This document shows positions 30,235 through 32,000 of a DNA stretch of 32,000 nucleotides, in pieces. Under the pieces are notes generated by a model. The model had not been told where the DNA came from. It saw only the letters and a program-made list of their open reading frames with translations, and searched no databases. Numbering within the stretch: position 1 is the stretch's first letter; each line of letters starts with the position of its first letter. The stretch covers positions 72,987 through 104,986 of the forward strand of contig MTSL01000101.1 of assembly GCA_002794465.1 (NCBI GenBank). Reading direction: 5' to 3'. The translations under genes and the position numbers were made by a program. This DNA comes from Paramicrosporidium saccamoebae KSL3 (taxonomy: Eukaryota > Fungi > Cryptomycota).

Positions 30235-31482
30235 ATGAACCTTTTCCAGAGGATATTAAATGCGGAAGCGTCTGATCCACCGACGAATCGAAGTAACAAC
30301 CAAGTGCATCCCGAAGCACCCCTGGCACAACCACAGCCGATGACTAAGCGGCCGGCTATGATGTTTGACCTTGATCGGGGAGAGTCCCTCGTCATGCCGT
30401 GCCGCCCACCAGCACCGGTGCACACTGTTCCAGCCAACACAACTCCTCGGCCGCCTGTGCCAACACCGTCACGAAGGGCGTTGGTTTTGGGCGCAGAACG
30501 GCGGATGACCTTCTTCCGTTTGGACGACTTTTTGTTAGTGCGGGCGTTGGGAACGGGCACATTTGGACGCGTCTTCTTAGCGCGCTATAAGACAGTGGCC
30601 AAGTACTTTGCACTAAAGAAGCTGCGAAAAGTGGATGTACATCGACTGAAACAGGTGGAACATGTGCAGAATGAACGGTCCTTACTATCGCGGCTAACCC
30701 ACCCGTTCATAGTGCGACTATATGCGGCCATGCAGGATGAACGTCATCTGTACATGCTGATGGAATATGCGCCTGGGGGAGAGTTGTTCCATTATCTGCG
30801 TCGTGCCGGTCGTTTCTCTGTTGACGCGGCCCGTTTTTATATCTCCGAGTTGGTTTTGGCTTTGGAGTATTTGCACTCCTTTGATGTTGCCTATCGCGAC
30901 TTGAAGCCTGAGAATTTGTTATTGGACAGCGAAGGACACATCAAATTGGCCGACTTTGGCTTTGCCAAGCGCGTGCCCAATCTGACTTATACTCTCTGCG
31001 GCACTCCCGAATATTTGGCACCAGAAATTATTTTGGGTCGTGGCTATGGAAAGTCGGTTGATTGGTGGGCATTGGGGATTCTCCTTTTCGAGATGCTTAC
31101 AGGAAATCCGCCCTTTAATGGTGATACGCCTACCCAGGTCTATGAACGCACCCTTTCAGGACGACTGCACTTGCCTAATCTCGACCACGCCACTGCCGAC
31201 CTCATCAGCGGACTGTTACGGCTCGATGTCACGAAGCGACTCGGCTGTCAGGAACGCGGTGCCCAGGCCGTCAAAGAGATGGAGTTTTTCCGTGGCATCT
31301 CCTGGGACGCCGTCTATCAGCGCTGTTATCGGCCGCCGATTGTTCCGCGTGTTGGCGATGTCGACTTGGCCCTTAACTTTCCCCTCGACGACAGCAAAAG
31401 TTCCATGGATGTCCACATTCCCAATGAGGACCTGATTCTCCAGGCTCAAGGCGTCAATTTTCCCGGCTTCACCCCCGCCTAG
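30235..31482 (+). CDS. cAMP-dependent protein kinase catalytic subunit / PRKX-like AGC kinase
   Basis: LGTGTFGRV, LKQVEHVQNER, YRDLKPENLLLD, DFGFAK, TYTLCGTPEYLAPE, VDWWALG. The start at MNLFQ (30235) is a best guess; the frame is open to 29860. Confidence 0.93.
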   Translation: MNLFQRILNAEASDPPTNRSNNQVHPEAPLAQPQPMTKRPAMMFDLDRGESLVMPCRPPAPVHTVPANTTPRPPVPTPSRRALVLGAERRMTFFRLDDFLLVRALGTGTFGRVFLARYKTVAKYFALKKLRKVDVHRLKQVEHVQNERSLLSRLTHPFIVRLYAAMQDERHLYMLMEYAPGGELFHYLRRAGRFSVDAARFYISELVLALEYLHSFDVAYRDLKPENLLLDSEGHIKLADFGFAKRVPNLTYTLCGTPEYLAPEIILGRGYGKSVDWWALGILLFEMLTGNPPFNGDTPTQVYERTLSGRLHLPNLDHATADLISGLLRLDVTKRLGCQERGAQAVKEMEFFRGISWDAVYQRCYRPPIVPRVGDVDLALNFPLDDSKSSMDVHIPNEDLILQAQGVNFPGFTPA

Positions 31483-31605
31483 TCGTTGCTCTGTATCAAA
31501 ACTATAGATTCGTCCGCTGAGTGGTATTTGCACTACTCTATAATAAACAGAAATTATCAAATAATGAGAGGATTTCTGCGGTGAGGGTCTGAAGTCTTGA
31601 CATTC

Positions 31606-32000
31606 TCATCTGGGATCATTTGGGTGACAAATGGGACAATTGGGGTCACGCTGGAGAGAGTGAGATTGGAGGAATGCTCCTTGGACACCATTGTAAAACC
31701 AATAATTGGCATCAGTGGTGAAGCAATTTGTTGTCAACTGTTGGGCAATTAGAACACTAATCCCTGCAATAAGTGAGGTTGTGCTGATTACGGTCGGGAC
31801 TATGGCTCGGATCGTCTCCAATATATACGGCTTGTCTATTCCATCAATCCCATATTGGGCAGCACGTTTTATGGCCATTTCTCCAAACCTGTTCAGGTGC
31901 TCTTCATCTTTAACATCAAACTCAACTGCATTTAGACGGGGCCATTCTAGGGTCAGTGTCCAGGCAACAATCTGTTCCCGATTCGTTGGCGTCCCCGTCA
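31606..32000 (-). CDS. UBA3: NEDD8-activating E1 catalytic subunit Uba3-like, 3' part only (truncated by window edge)
   Basis: TGTPTNREQIVAW...LEWP...RAAQYGIDG...AIVPTVISTTSLIAG...NYWFYNGVQGAF...RDPNCPIC parallels Uba3 TPRxPEHCIEY...QWP...RAxQYxI...IIPAVASTNAVIA...RKxNCPAC. Confidence 0.75.
   Translation of the reverse strand, partial: TGTPTNREQIVAWTLTLEWPRLNAVEFDVKDEEHLNRFGEMAIKRAAQYGIDGIDKPYILETIRAIVPTVISTTSLIAGISVLIAQQLTTNCFTTDANYWFYNGVQGAFLQSHSLQRDPNCPICHPNDPR

Noticed and set aside
470-31560. Numerous 60-150 aa ORFs nested in or antisense to identified genes (e.g. 4470-4883, 22624-23274, 28289-28738, 31216-31560)
   Set aside because: Shadow frames of real coding sequence with no independent motifs.
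1-32000. tRNA, rRNA or autonomous transposon genes
   Set aside because: No cloverleaf, rRNA-like segment, transposase or reverse-transcriptase motif recognised by eye.

Overview
A very compact, gene-dense eukaryotic window with about 25 genes, short intergenic gaps and many tiny GT-AG introns of 27-39 nt, which fragment the ORF track. Gene content and architecture suggest an early-diverging fungal or Rozellomycota-type organism such as Paramicrosporidium; this is inference, not an identification. Most genes are housekeeping: a FLX1-like mitochondrial carrier, C1D/Rrp47, PCT1, SmD2, RagC/Gtr2, DUF1264, TRM9, SPC25, ATG10, PWP1, ESA1, a RING-H2 ligase, an ACOT9-like thioesterase, URB2-like, FolC-like, ARF6, a PKA-like kinase and partial UBA3. 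The main discovery needs manual splicing: three multi-exon minus-strand genes (5147-8148, 10412-11983, 12397-13802) each start with a signal peptide and share a highly diverged C-terminal domain. They look like a clustered, lineage-specific family of secreted effector-like proteins, possibly with a degenerate macrodomain/PARG-like fold. Also notable are a catalytically degenerate GH47 mannosidase, an AMT6/7 (MTA9)-like MT-A70 protein pointing to DNA 6mA, a dispersed non-coding repeat present in three copies, and several short tandem duplications. All gene models were built by eye and no database search was run.
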